DNA of 64,000 nt, taken from contig CAZNPL010000003.1 in NCBI GenBank assembly GCA_964574815.1, positions 37,747-101,746 on the forward strand, in the 5' to 3' direction. Position numbers and translations under genes: made by a program. The DNA is from an uncultured Phycisphaeraceae bacterium. GTDB taxonomy: Bacteria; Planctomycetota; Phycisphaerae; UBA1845. Shown piece after piece: positions 20,131 through 30,045 of this stretch; the stretch's first letter is position 1; each line of letters begins with the position of its first letter. The notes under the pieces were generated by a model that did no database searches, was not told the DNA's origin, and saw nothing but the letters and a program-made list of their open reading frames with translations.

Positions 20131-20482
20131 ATCCGCGTATTGACAATAAGTTATAGAATCAAAGTGGGTGGCGCCGGGCATGGCGCATCTTGATGTACTT
20201 CAGTTCTCCGGCTCACGCCGGACTCCGAAAAAAAGCTTGATCTGACTATGAATACTCGCGAGAATGGAAACAGGGTACGGATCGGAAGATCCGTACGTGC
20301 CCGGTGGTCAACGAAGGAGGGGGGCATCAAGAGTTTCGCGCGGCGCCGCTCTGACTGCCGCACTGTCCGTGAGCGACTCCGGGTGCATGTCAATGCACCA
20401 CCTGGCGCACAGTCGGGGCTCACTGGAGCCGGGCAAGTCCCGTCGGCGATCGTGGGCGTCCGCGCCGAAAGGAGGCAGCACC

Positions 20483-21931
20483 ATGTCCCGCCCCTTCTTC
20501 ATCAGCGTCTTTTTTACCATCGCCTCGTGCTGGAACGCCGGCGCAGTGCTCGGCCAATGCGAGGGGTTCACATACCCCGATGACTGCCCGGGGCCGCCGG
20601 ACCAGACCGGCAATTGCGGCTGCGACTGGTTCGAAGATTTCGAATCTTACGATCTCGGCGTCATGCCGCGGGTCAACGGTTGGGAGGAGTGGCGGGCCGC
20701 CGATCCGCAGTCACCCGACTTGCGGGGGATTGTCACCGACGAGATCGCCGATCACACCACCGGCAGCGGCCAATGCCTGAAAATCGAGACCGATCCCGGC
20801 TCCGATCAGGTTCGACGTTTTTACGGCGGTGGCGTTCTCGACGACAAGGTCGGCTACGACATCGACATCAACGCCTATTGGATTTTCGAGGCGTGGATCT
20901 TCGTACCCAACGCTCACACCGGAGATTCCTACTTTGCGCTCTATTCGATCTACGAGGACGGTTCCGGCAGCCTGATCAGCACGCCGCACGCTCGGATCGA
21001 GTTCAACAGCAACCACGGCAAGGTTTGGAACGATCTCTTTTCCGACGATCCGCCGGTGGACGCCGTCAACCTGGTCAAGGGCGCTTGGTCGAAGGTCCGG
21101 ATGGAGATGAACTTCATGAACGACGTCGCCCTGGTGTTCTACGACGACGCTTTCCTGGGCGGCTATCAATGGGCGGAGGACCTCGGGCACGATCCGGAGA
21201 CGCTCTTTCTTGGGGCGATGGAACTGGTCAACGGTGCGGGCACGGCAGTTTACTGGGACGATTTCTCTCTTGCAGGACCGGACCTGGGTGACAATCGGGC
21301 CGATTACTACTCCTATTGCGATTCAGTTCGAAAAGACGAGAACGGCTGCGCTACATTCCGTTGGTTCGTTCGGAACTGGAATGACGACTTCTTCGAGACA
21401 ATCGACGAGTTCTACATCGACATCGAGGCGGGGGAGGGCGGCCGGGATCCAGCGTGCATCGGCTCGCCGACCGGCACTCAAGCCATCACCCCGCCGCCCG
21501 GCTGGTCGGTCGAGAACTGCACCAGTTGGCAATACGGGCACGCGATGTTTCGCCTGACTGCCGACACGCCGGACGACGCGATCCCACCGAACGGAGGGAC
21601 GCTGACCGGCGGTTTCATCACGGTCGATGCCAACAAGTCACGCGAGTGGGTGAGCCAAACGACCGGGGCCGTCATCCCACCTTTCACCGTTCGATCGAGC
21701 GCTGCTTTCCTGTACGGGAACGAGAACTTCGCCGTGTGTGACACATATAACTTCAGCTTCGGTCCGACGATGGGCGGCGCCCAGTCGTGGAGCGGGAGTA
21801 ACAATTGCGTCGCATACCGCACCGTCCCCGCCACCTCCGATTGGGCCAGACTCGTCCTTACGCTAGTGCTGGTCGTCGCCGGTACCGGGCTGATTCGAAA
21901 CGGGCGCCGAGGTGCAATAGCACACGTGTGA
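20483..21931 (+). CDS. Secreted LamG/concanavalin-like protein with PEP-CTERM-like hydrophobic C-terminal anchor
   Basis: AGGAGG lies 8 nt upstream of ATG 20483, with signal MSRPFFISVFFTIASCWNAGAVLG. The pattern WFEDFESY...W.F.AWIFVP...YFALYS...WSKVRMEMNF...VYWDDFSL is typical of a LamG-like jelly roll. The C-terminus is VPATSDWARLVLTLVLVVAGTGLIRNGRRG. The upstream 73 codons of the track ORF are unlikely to be coding. Confidence 0.6.
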   Translation: MSRPFFISVFFTIASCWNAGAVLGQCEGFTYPDDCPGPPDQTGNCGCDWFEDFESYDLGVMPRVNGWEEWRAADPQSPDLRGIVTDEIADHTTGSGQCLKIETDPGSDQVRRFYGGGVLDDKVGYDIDINAYWIFEAWIFVPNAHTGDSYFALYSIYEDGSGSLISTPHARIEFNSNHGKVWNDLFSDDPPVDAVNLVKGAWSKVRMEMNFMNDVALVFYDDAFLGGYQWAEDLGHDPETLFLGAMELVNGAGTAVYWDDFSLAGPDLGDNRADYYSYCDSVRKDENGCATFRWFVRNWNDDFFETIDEFYIDIEAGEGGRDPACIGSPTGTQAITPPPGWSVENCTSWQYGHAMFRLTADTPDDAIPPNGGTLTGGFITVDANKSREWVSQTTGAVIPPFTVRSSAAFLYGNENFAVCDTYNFSFGPTMGGAQSWSGSNNCVAYRTVPATSDWARLVLTLVLVVAGTGLIRNGRRGAIAHV

Positions 21932-21960
21932 ACGCAGGGGGCAGCCGGTTGCGCGTGCGG

Positions 21961-22040
21961 CTGGCGAAACGCAGACAGGCACGGGCAAGCTCCGCCGCCG
22001 ATGGCGGCTCCGCTTGCCCATGGCACACGCGCCCAGTGCG
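21961..22040 (+). repeat. REP-like palindromic intergenic element, copy C
   Basis: GGGCAAGCTCCGCCGCCGATGGCGGCTCCGCTTGCCCATGGCA has an 8-bp outer stem GGGCAAGC/GCTTGCCC and an inner stem CCGCC/GGCGG. It lies just after the stop at 21931. Confidence 0.65.
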
Positions 22041-22150
22041 CACGTCCCGGCCACGGCCTTTCCGGCTACCTTCAGGCGTGGCGGCAAAATCCTAACAAAA
22101 ACCTACAATTTTGCTTCCCGCGCGTCTGCTGAGTTGCTACATTGGCGGCC

Positions 22151-24343
22151 ATGGCGACGGCTTTGCGACTATGGCACACCGCGGACTCGCATATCGGCGC
22201 GGATCTTCCAGCGAGGCCCCGGACGAGCCGCCCACGACGCGGCGACGATCTGGTGGAGAGCTTCGGTCGTGTCATGCACGGGGCGATCGAACGCGAGGTC
22301 GATCTCGTCATTCATGCCGGCGACGTGTTCGACTCGCCGCGGCCGAACGTGCGGGCGTTGACGGCCGCGGCCGGCCCGATGCTCGAAGTTGCCGCTGCCG
22401 GGATTCCGATCGTGATCGTGCCGGGAAACCACGAGCGATCGGCCATCCCATCGACTCTGCTGCTCGCGCACCGGAACATCCACATCGTGACCGAGCCGTG
22501 CACGCTGTCGTTTCGGCTGGTCGGCGTGCGCGTGGCCGTCGCGGCGTTGCCTTGCCTGCGGCGTCGATCGGCGGCGCGGTTCGCGGCGGCCTTGGCGGCG
22601 ACCGGTTGGGAGCAATGCCGCGCTGATGTCAACGTCCTGGCGGTTCATCAGACTTTCGAGTCCGCGACGTGCGGCCCGGGCGATTATCGATTCCGTAGCG
22701 GGGACGACGTCGTCGAGCGTGATGCCGTCCCGGAGTGGTTCGACTACGTTGCCGCCGGGCACGTTCATCGCCATCAGGAGCTGCGCGTGGCAAACGGGAA
22801 CGGACCGGCGATCGTTTACAGCGGTTCGGCTGATCGCGTGTCGTTCGCCGAGATCGGCGAGCCCAAAGGCGCGGTGCTGGTGGAGTTCAACGGCGGCGGC
22901 CCCGTTCACCGTTTCATCGAGCACGATGTGCGGCCCATGTCCACCTGGCCGATCGACATCAGCGGGTTGTCGCGCTCGCGGATTCTCGATGAAGTGCAGG
23001 GCATTGTGGGGAAGCTACCGGATCGGGCCGTCGCCCAGGTGCGTCTGGCGGGCAACGTGAACGCGGGCGTGCTCAAGGGTCTTCGCCTGACGGCGGTGGC
23101 CCGGGCGCTGCGGCCGGATGTGGTGTTCAGCGTGTGGGCGCGGGCCGTGGAGTTCGCCGCCTCAAGCGAGCGCGGCACGCCAAGGGGGGTGCGGAAGTCG
23201 GCGTTCGATGCGGTAAGCGGAGTGGCCGGCGAGAGTGCATCGATCGCGGCCGGGGAGACCAAGCAGCTCGATGACCGCTGCGGTGTGTACGCGCTGCATG
23301 CCTTGGATGGGCGTTTGCTGTATATCGGTAAAGCGGCGCGCTTGCGCGGCCGCGTGCGGGCGCACCTGCGCGGCAAGTCGGAGGCGAACTTTTTCCGGGG
23401 CTGGTCGAGCCGGATCGCCCGGATCGAGGCGCTGTACGCGGACAGCGAACTGGAGGGGCTGCTGGTCGAAGCGGAGCTGGTTCGGCGTCTTCTTCCGCCG
23501 TTCAACCGGCAAATGCGTCGCTGGCGAGGCTACTGCTATCTCTGCGAAAACGGCGCGCCGTACGGGCAGTTGCAGGTCAGTGGCCGGCCGGACCCTCATA
23601 AGAAATGCTTCGGGCCGTTCCGCAGCCGGCGAATGGCCGGCTGCGTATATGAAGAGAGCGCGGTGCTTTTCGGGTTGGCGGTGTGCCCCGAAGAGACATC
23701 GACGCCTGTATTCCCATTGCTCAGCAACGTGGGATCCTCGCAAGCGTGCCACCGTTACCACCGCGGTCAGTGTGCCGGCCCGTGCGCCGGCTGCGTGGAT
23801 TCGGCAACGTACCGGGATCGGTTGAATGCGCGAGAGCGGCTGCTGGCGGGCGTTGATGATACCGCGCTGCGTGCGCTGGAGGCGCGCGTCGAATCGTCCG
23901 CGGAGTCATTCGACAGTGAAGACACGCACCACGATCTCGCGCGCCGCGCGAAGATGATGCGTATGGCGTTCGACTATCTCACCGTCGTTCGGGAGGCCCG
24001 GGAGCTTCTCCACGGGCTGATCCTGCTCCCCGGCCGGGGCGGTGATCTGAAAGTTGCTATTCCGACCGAAAGAGGCGTGGCCTTCGATCGGCTTCGCCGG
24101 ACGACATCCGATGCTCGGCGTATCCTGCGTCGCCACGGTGCGTTGACCCGTGCGCGGGGCCGACTGCAGACGAGTCACATGCCCAAGACGGTGGTTGATG
24201 CACTCTGCGTTGCGGTCCGTCAGTTGCGGGCGGCTCCGGACGTATATCGGTTCCTCTCGCGCGAGCAGACGGGCGGGTTTAAGGCGACGGACTTACTCGC
24301 GACGGCGTTCGATGGTCTGGTTCATCATGGGAAAGTGCGATGA
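22151..24343 (+). CDS. Fusion protein: Mre11/SbcD-type metallophosphoesterase + Cho/UvrC-N-like GIY-YIG endonuclease
   Basis: N-terminal calcineurin-like motifs are WHTADSHIG, IHAGDVFD and VPGNHE. The GIY-YIG core is CGVYALHALDGRLLYIGKAARLRGRVRAHL...ELEGLLVEAELVRRLLPPFNRQMR (~23270-23530). A UvrC-type Cys motif CHRYHRGQCAGPCAGC sits at ~23747-23795. No UvrC C-terminal endonuclease or HhH is seen. The stop overlaps the dinB start (ATGA at 24340-24343). Confidence 0.75.
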   Translation: MATALRLWHTADSHIGADLPARPRTSRPRRGDDLVESFGRVMHGAIEREVDLVIHAGDVFDSPRPNVRALTAAAGPMLEVAAAGIPIVIVPGNHERSAIPSTLLLAHRNIHIVTEPCTLSFRLVGVRVAVAALPCLRRRSAARFAAALAATGWEQCRADVNVLAVHQTFESATCGPGDYRFRSGDDVVERDAVPEWFDYVAAGHVHRHQELRVANGNGPAIVYSGSADRVSFAEIGEPKGAVLVEFNGGGPVHRFIEHDVRPMSTWPIDISGLSRSRILDEVQGIVGKLPDRAVAQVRLAGNVNAGVLKGLRLTAVARALRPDVVFSVWARAVEFAASSERGTPRGVRKSAFDAVSGVAGESASIAAGETKQLDDRCGVYALHALDGRLLYIGKAARLRGRVRAHLRGKSEANFFRGWSSRIARIEALYADSELEGLLVEAELVRRLLPPFNRQMRRWRGYCYLCENGAPYGQLQVSGRPDPHKKCFGPFRSRRMAGCVYEESAVLFGLAVCPEETSTPVFPLLSNVGSSQACHRYHRGQCAGPCAGCVDSATYRDRLNARERLLAGVDDTALRALEARVESSAESFDSEDTHHDLARRAKMMRMAFDYLTVVREARELLHGLILLPGRGGDLKVAIPTERGVAFDRLRRTTSDARRILRRHGALTRARGRLQTSHMPKTVVDALCVAVRQLRAAPDVYRFLSREQTGGFKATDLLATAFDGLVHHGKVR

Positions 24344-25524
24344 GTACCGCACCGGACCGACATGTCATTCACGTGGACATGGATGCGTTCTACGCCGCGA
24401 TCGAACAGCGGGATCACCCCGAGCTGCGCGGCAAGCCGGTGCTGGTAGGTGGCGACCCGCGGGGCCGCGGCGTGGTGTCGACGGCCAGCTACGAGGCGAG
24501 GCCCTACGGGTGCCACAGCGCGATGCCGATGGCGACGGCCGTTCGGCTGTGCCCGCAAGCGGTCGTGATCCGCCCGCGAATGGAGCGGTACGTCGAGGTA
24601 TCGCGCCGCGTCTTTGCCATTCTGGAGGAGTTCACGCCGCTGGTGGAGCCACTGTCCATTGACGAAGCTTTCCTCGACGTGACCGGGACGACGCGTCTGT
24701 TCGGTTCGCCCGTGACGATTGCGCAGACTCTGAAACGGCGCATTCATGAGGAGACGGAGTTGACGGGTTCGACGGGCGTGGCGCCGAACAAGTTTCTGGC
24801 CAAGCTGGCCAGCGATCTGGAAAAACCGGACGGGTTGGTCGTCGTTGGCGAGGATGAGGTGCAGGCCTTTCTGGATCCGCTGCCGATCTCGCGGCTTTGG
24901 GGCGTCGGCAAGGCCACGCTGCCGAAGCTGGAACGCCTGGGCGTGCACACGTTCGGCGATTTGCGGCGGTTGAGCGCTGAGGAGCTTCGCGATCGCTTCG
25001 GCGAATCGGGCGACCATTTCTATCGCCTGGTCCGCGGCATCGACGATCGGCCCGTGGTGCCGGACCGCGAGGCCAAGAGCATCAGTCATGAGGTGACCTT
25101 TCCGACTGACGTGAGCGATCGGGCGTATCTCCGCTCGATCCTGCTGGACCAGGTGGAGCACGTTGCGCGCCGGCTGCGGCGGCACCGGCAGTTCGGCCGC
25201 ACCGTAACCGTCAAGATTCGCGCCGGTGACTTTACCACGATAACGCGGAGCGCGACGCTGCCCGAGCCGACCGATTGCACGGATACGCTTTGGGAAGCGA
25301 CGGCGGCTTTGTTTGATGAGTGGCTCCGGAAGCGGCGCTATCCCGTGCGCCTGATTGGAATGGGCGTTTCACATTTATCGCCGCAGGTGGGGCGGCAACT
25401 GCAGTTGTTCGAAGGCGCCCCGGCGGCGTCGCGGCTTGACCAGACCGTCGACCGCATTCTCGATCGGTTCGGCAACGGAGCGATACATCGGGGCTGCGGG
25501 CGTTCACGGGGATCGGAGAGGTAA
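24340..25524 (+). CDS. dinB: DNA polymerase IV (Y-family)
   Basis: The sequence VIHVDMDAFYAAIEQRDHPELRGKPVLVGG...SIDEAFLDVTG...GVAPNKFLAKLASD...LWGVGKAT gives the canonical Pol IV motifs across the full length. Confidence 0.95.
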   Translation: MSTAPDRHVIHVDMDAFYAAIEQRDHPELRGKPVLVGGDPRGRGVVSTASYEARPYGCHSAMPMATAVRLCPQAVVIRPRMERYVEVSRRVFAILEEFTPLVEPLSIDEAFLDVTGTTRLFGSPVTIAQTLKRRIHEETELTGSTGVAPNKFLAKLASDLEKPDGLVVVGEDEVQAFLDPLPISRLWGVGKATLPKLERLGVHTFGDLRRLSAEELRDRFGESGDHFYRLVRGIDDRPVVPDREAKSISHEVTFPTDVSDRAYLRSILLDQVEHVARRLRRHRQFGRTVTVKIRAGDFTTITRSATLPEPTDCTDTLWEATAALFDEWLRKRRYPVRLIGMGVSHLSPQVGRQLQLFEGAPAASRLDQTVDRILDRFGNGAIHRGCGRSRGSER

Positions 25525-25602
25525 CAGGACCAGCGTATCGCCGGCTCACGATGACTCGTGTGCAGCGGCGGCATGCGCGTGCAGTCGTCCGCTTGTGCAA
25601 GC

Positions 25603-25650
25603 GCGCGGGCAAGCTACGCCGCCTTCGGCGGCTCCACTTGCTCGTGGAAC
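25603..25650 (+). repeat. REP-like palindromic intergenic element, copy D (short, diverged)
   Basis: The sequence is GCGCGGGCAAGCTACGCCGCCTTCGGCGGCTCCACTTGCTCGTGGAAC. It lies between the convergent ends of dinB and the nitroreductase gene. Confidence 0.5.
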
Positions 25651-25671
25651 CGTTTTGCACAGGTGCAGCCC

Positions 25672-26217
25672 TCAGCGGAGCGGTGTGGTGTAGAGTTCTG
25701 CACAGAAGACTTCGTGCGGCGGCTTACGGTCCTGGTCGCGGAGCGGGTGATTAAGCTCCTTGTTGGCCGGGTAGCCCAGCGGCGTCATGGCGATCAGTCT
25801 TACCGAATCGGGAATGTGGAGCAGGTCCTTCGCAGAAGCTTCGTGGAATGCTCCGACCCAGCACGTCCCAAGGCCTTCGGACACCGCGGCGAGCGTGAGG
25901 TGGTCCAGGGCGACGGCCACATCGATCTCGACGCTGTTCCCCCTGCCGCCCATGTACTTGTAGGCGACGGCGGGCAAACCGCATGCGGCCAGCACGACCG
26001 GGGCGCTGGCGATCCACATTTGATCGTTCGCGATTTTGGCCAGATTGCGGCGGCGCTCGTGATCCGTCACGAAGATGAAACGCCAGGGTTGCAGATTGCA
26101 CGCCGACGGAGCAGAGCGGAGGGCCTGGCGCATCCGCTCCATGACGTCGTCGGGAATCGGTTTCGCAGAGAAATCTCGCACGCTTCGGCGGGTTCTGATT
26201 GCCTCCAGGACGTCCAT
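25672..26217 (-). CDS. Nitroreductase family protein
   Basis: MDVLEAIRTRRSVRDFSAKPIPDDVMERMRQALRSAPSACNLQPWRFIFV is the canonical nitroreductase N-terminus. GAGGAG lies upstream of ATG 26217. Confidence 0.9.
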   Translation of the reverse strand: MDVLEAIRTRRSVRDFSAKPIPDDVMERMRQALRSAPSACNLQPWRFIFVTDHERRRNLAKIANDQMWIASAPVVLAACGLPAVAYKYMGGRGNSVEIDVAVALDHLTLAAVSEGLGTCWVGAFHEASAKDLLHIPDSVRLIAMTPLGYPANKELNHPLRDQDRKPPHEVFCAELYTTPLR

Positions 26218-26575
26218 GTGGAGCTCCTCGATTGCGTTACCTGGTTTACCCGCATCTTCAACGGATGCCCTCGGCGGCTTGCCCGCCGGTGCCCCGCCAT
26301 GATTAGCGCTCGGGTACGGGCAATGGCTTGTACGCTTCTCGACGCGCCGGTGTCAATCCGACATTCCATTGCTGTCGCTGTGCTGATCGGGTCGGCCGCC
26401 GTCCGGGCGGGCAAGCCACCGGCGGCACGCAAAATCGAATGCCGGCTGAACTGTCGGGCACGCTATCTCGGGCGAGTGGGCTGGCGTGTGTGTCCTGCGC
26501 GCCGTATGGTGTTGGTCAGCGGATAGGCCGATCGCCTCGAGAGGCGCTGGGGCGGCCGGTGCGGACGTTGGAACG

Positions 26576-29464
26576 ATGTCGCGAGGAGGGTCTCACACGA
26601 TGCTCGGTCACCTGGGAGTGCTGGTTGTCAGTGGTAGCTGGTTCGTCTCGTCGGGTTGCGCTCAGAACACGCCTTCGTGGACGCAGCTCTCGCTCTCGAC
26701 GTGCCGCGTGGATGCGTTTCTCGAGGAACGCCCACGAAGCGACGGCCGCGGCGTCGTGATCGCCGTGCTCGATACCGGCGTGGATCCTTCGATCCCGGGC
26801 CTGACGCACACGCCCGACGGCGAGGTCAAGGTGATCGACGTGCAGGACTTCACCGGGCAGGGCGACATCGAGCTTCACCGCGTGAACCGGGACGAGGAGT
26901 CCGGCAACATCATAAACTACGACGAGGAGGGGGTGCCGATCCAATACGGCACGCCCGATCTACCGGCCGACGAAGGGGGAGAGGAAAGGCGGTTCTGGTT
27001 CGGCTTCTTCGATGAGCACAAATTCATCAACTCGGCCGTGTCGGACCTCAACGATAATGGAACGACCGACGACAAGTTTCCTGTGCTCGTGACGGCTCTT
27101 GAAGGCGACGGCGACGATGAGGCGATCTGTTTCGTGGACACCGATCTCGACCGGGACTTCACCGACGAAAAGCGTCTTCACAACTACAAGCTGCGCTACG
27201 ACACGTTCACGCTTTACCGTGAGGAGCCGGAAGAACAGATCGCCCCGCTGGCTTTCGCCATCAACATCTTTCTGCGGCAGTCGAAGGTGGTGGTGGTCTA
27301 CGACGATGGGGCGCATGGTACGCACGTCGCAGGCATCGCAGCGGGTTACCGGATCAACAACCAGGAGGGCTTTCACGGCGTTGCTCCAGGCGCGAAGGTC
27401 ATGGGTCTGAAAATCGGCCAGAACGCGATCGGCGGCGTGAGCGTGACCGGGAGCATCAAGAACGCGGTCGAGTATGCCGGGCGGTACTCCCGCGAGCACG
27501 GCGTGCCGGTCGTTTGCAACCTCTCCTACGGCGTTGAGTCCGTCATCGAAGGAAAGTCGGATATCGACCAGTGGCTCAACAAGTATCTGCGCAAGAATCC
27601 GAATCTTATCTTCTGCACCTCAGCCGGGAACGAGGGGCCGGGGCTTTCGACCGTCGGTACGCCCGCAGCATCCACCGAGGCCATCAGCGTGGCCGCCCTG
27701 CTCGCGGCCGACTCCGCCCGTGACGTGATGGGCTTTACCATGGACGCGCCGGTCGTGACCGTGTTCAGCTCGCGCGGCGGTGAACTCGACAAGCCCGACG
27801 TCGCCACGCCGGGCTGGGCCACGTCGACCGTGCCACGGTGGGTGAAACGCGGGGACTACTGGGCCGGGACGAGCATGGCCTCGCCGTATGCCGCCGGATT
27901 GTGTGCGTTGCTGATCAGCGACGCGATGGCCCGTCGGCCCGGGGCGTCCGTTCGGGCGTGGGACGTTCGACGGGCGTTGCAGCTCGGCTCGGACCCGGTC
28001 GCCGGCGCGACGCAACTCGGCATGGGACCGGGCGTTCCGGATGTGCTCAAATCGGCTGACATGCTGAATACGGTGCTCGAGCGTTCGGCCGACGACCCGG
28101 TCATCGGATACGAAATTTCGACGCCGTGCCCGCATGGCGCCGACGGCGAAGCGCGGTCGGCCTATTGGCGAAGCACTTGGTTCCCGGCGCGCGAGCGCCA
28201 CACGTTCACCATAAAGCCGGTCTTTGCCCCGGGCACCGATGCCATGGCCAAGACTTCGTTCACACGGAAGTATACGCTGCGCTCGACAGCCCCATGGATC
28301 AAAGTAGCGCAGGAGACGACGTATTTGCGGAGCGAACAGTCGGCTCGGGTCTATGTCGAATACGACGCCGGGCAGCTCGCCGAGCCCGGCCTGTACACCG
28401 GCGCGGTCGAGGCCGTGTCCGATGGCTTGGTCGCCTTCAGCTTGTGGAACACGATCGTGGTTCCGCACCAGGTTGACCCCGGCCATGGGGACGTCTTGCG
28501 GTTTCAAGATCAGGTTGTGCACGGTTGGGATGTGGAGCGCTACTTTGTGGCCACGCCGCCGGGTGTGTCGGCCATGCATCTCGAGTTGTCCGCTCCGGAG
28601 GCCCGTGATTCTAAGGCCAGCTTCGAGCGCGTTTATGGTCCGACCGGCGACCGGCATCGGAGGCGGGCAAATACGCTCGATACGTTTGAGGGGCGGCGTG
28701 TGGTCACCTGGACTTTCGACGACGAGCTTGTGCCGGGGGTGTGGGAGATTCCGATCGTGGCCGACCGGCCCGACGAGCGGTGGCCGTTCGATCTGGAGGT
28801 TCGGTTTTTCGGGCTGCATGCGGAGCCGGAAGTCGTTTCCGAGTGGTCCGGCTCGCCGCCGAAGGGGGAGCTGACGGTGACCAACATGTTCCGGCAGATG
28901 CTGCCGGCGACCGGCGACGGCATGTTGGAGGGGTATCGAATGACAAAGGAGGACAAGTTTGAGGGCCTGGACGACACGCTGACCTATTCGGCGACACTGG
29001 GGCCGGCGTTCGACCGGCTTCGGCTCGAGCTGGAGATGACGCGGGAGGCCTATGCGACGACGACCGACATCGGGGTGGCCGTCGAGGTCGACGGTAAGGA
29101 GGTTTACTCATCGGGGTTTAGCAATCGGATCCACGAGGCCACGGTGCGGGCGCCGGGCGGCGGTGATGAGACAAAAGCGAAGGTCATCATCCGAGGCGGC
29201 TTCGCGGTGGCCGACGACAAGCGGAAGACGCCGATCACGGTGCGGATCGACCGGCTGCTGGCCGAGCCGATCCCGATCGAGGTGAAGCAGGGCGATTCGT
29301 CGAGGATTGACTTCGTGCCGGCCGTGCCGATTCGGCTGGATTTCATGCTGAAAACGAAGCCGGCGGCGATCGAGGAGGACCTCGCCCCGGTTGGCTATCT
29401 TCGATTCGAGGAGAGATCGAGTCACGTAACGGCGTTGCGCGTGCCGATCGAGATCAGGGATTAG
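26576..29464 (+). CDS. Subtilisin-like serine protease (S8), tripeptidyl-peptidase-II-like architecture
   Basis: The catalytic triad contexts are VIAVLDTGVD (Asp), HGTHVAGIAAG (His) and GTSMASPYAAGLCALL (Ser). A ~180-aa insert between Asp and His and a long C-terminal extension resemble TPPII. A signal or lipoprotein-like segment MLGHLGVLVVSGSWFVSSGC is present. Start is ATG 26576 or 26600. Confidence 0.85.
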   Translation: MSRGGSHTMLGHLGVLVVSGSWFVSSGCAQNTPSWTQLSLSTCRVDAFLEERPRSDGRGVVIAVLDTGVDPSIPGLTHTPDGEVKVIDVQDFTGQGDIELHRVNRDEESGNIINYDEEGVPIQYGTPDLPADEGGEERRFWFGFFDEHKFINSAVSDLNDNGTTDDKFPVLVTALEGDGDDEAICFVDTDLDRDFTDEKRLHNYKLRYDTFTLYREEPEEQIAPLAFAINIFLRQSKVVVVYDDGAHGTHVAGIAAGYRINNQEGFHGVAPGAKVMGLKIGQNAIGGVSVTGSIKNAVEYAGRYSREHGVPVVCNLSYGVESVIEGKSDIDQWLNKYLRKNPNLIFCTSAGNEGPGLSTVGTPAASTEAISVAALLAADSARDVMGFTMDAPVVTVFSSRGGELDKPDVATPGWATSTVPRWVKRGDYWAGTSMASPYAAGLCALLISDAMARRPGASVRAWDVRRALQLGSDPVAGATQLGMGPGVPDVLKSADMLNTVLERSADDPVIGYEISTPCPHGADGEARSAYWRSTWFPARERHTFTIKPVFAPGTDAMAKTSFTRKYTLRSTAPWIKVAQETTYLRSEQSARVYVEYDAGQLAEPGLYTGAVEAVSDGLVAFSLWNTIVVPHQVDPGHGDVLRFQDQVVHGWDVERYFVATPPGVSAMHLELSAPEARDSKASFERVYGPTGDRHRRRANTLDTFEGRRVVTWTFDDELVPGVWEIPIVADRPDERWPFDLEVRFFGLHAEPEVVSEWSGSPPKGELTVTNMFRQMLPATGDGMLEGYRMTKEDKFEGLDDTLTYSATLGPAFDRLRLELEMTREAYATTTDIGVAVEVDGKEVYSSGFSNRIHEATVRAPGGGDETKAKVIIRGGFAVADDKRKTPITVRIDRLLAEPIPIEVKQGDSSRIDFVPAVPIRLDFMLKTKPAAIEEDLAPVGYLRFEERSSHVTALRVPIEIRD

Positions 29465-29727
29465 GGCATGGCGCCGCTTGCGCTGTGGCGCGTTCCGCCC
29501 TGTCGCCCGTCCCTGCCTGTGTGCCCGCGGACGTGACGGACTGCGCGCGGCTGTAGCGGAGCGGGGGCATCGTTCGGCAGCCTGCTCCCCGGTGCTGGCG
29601 CAGCAACCGGGCGTGCAGGGTGTTTTCGCAAGATCAATGACTGGAGCGCGTCCACGGCCGCGGGGCCACGCATGAGCAAATGGTTGACAGCCAGCGATGG
29701 GGCATCTAAGCTCCTGAATGGACAGAT

Positions 29728-29800
29728 TGCGGGGTAGAGCAGTTGGCAGCTCGTCGGGCTCATAACCCGGAGGTCGGAGGTTCGAGTCCTCCCCCCGCTA
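29728..29800 (+). tRNA. tRNA-Met (anticodon CAT), initiator-like
   Basis: A manual cloverleaf gives acceptor TGCGGGG/CCCCGCT, D arm GAGC-AGTTGGCA-GCTC, anticodon arm TCGGG-CTCATAA-CCCGG, variable AGGTC and T arm GGAGG-TTCGAGT-CCTCC. Three G:C pairs next to the anticodon loop and an unpaired 1:72 (U:U) are initiator hallmarks. CCA is not encoded. Confidence 0.85.
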
Positions 29801-30045
29801 GTTGACGGGTCGTTGCGAAATCCGCCGACCCAGGGGTTATCGAAAGACGCCGGTGCCGAGACGCGCCGGCGTGTTGCGTTATAACGCCCTTATTCGCAAG
29901 GGTTTAGCAAGCCTCCACATCACCGTCGGCAACCGAGAGACGCCGTCGCGCGACGCCCCCCAAGCCACCCTGCCCACGACGGCGCTCGCCTTCCGCCAAG
30001 AGTCTCGGAGTCTCTGGCCGGTCTCGACCCGCGGGTTAACGGCTT

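Noticed and set aside
20140-20159. TTGACA ... TAGAAT, considered as a sigma70 promoter for the LamG-like gene.
   Set aside because: Both hexamers are good, but they are only 8 nt apart, which is incompatible with a canonical 16-18 nt spacer. The AT-rich patch may still be regulatory, but I cannot call a promoter.
22096-22113. The CAAAA-n8-TTTTG dyad upstream of the SbcD-Cho/dinB cassette, considered as an SOS (LexA) box.
   Set aside because: The arms are only 5 bp long and AT-only. The dyad matches none of the LexA consensus types I know (CTGT-n8-ACAG, GAAC-n4-GTTC, GTTC-n7-GTTC). The evidence is insufficient.
25558-26526. A 322-aa + strand ORF.
   Set aside because: It starts in the REP-like element and runs antisense through the well-supported nitroreductase gene.
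29470-29700. A possible fifth REP-like copy or promoter upstream of the tRNA.
   Set aside because: There is only a loose resemblance (GCGCCGCTTGCGC...GGCGCG) and the nested hairpin core is absent. It could not be supported by eye.
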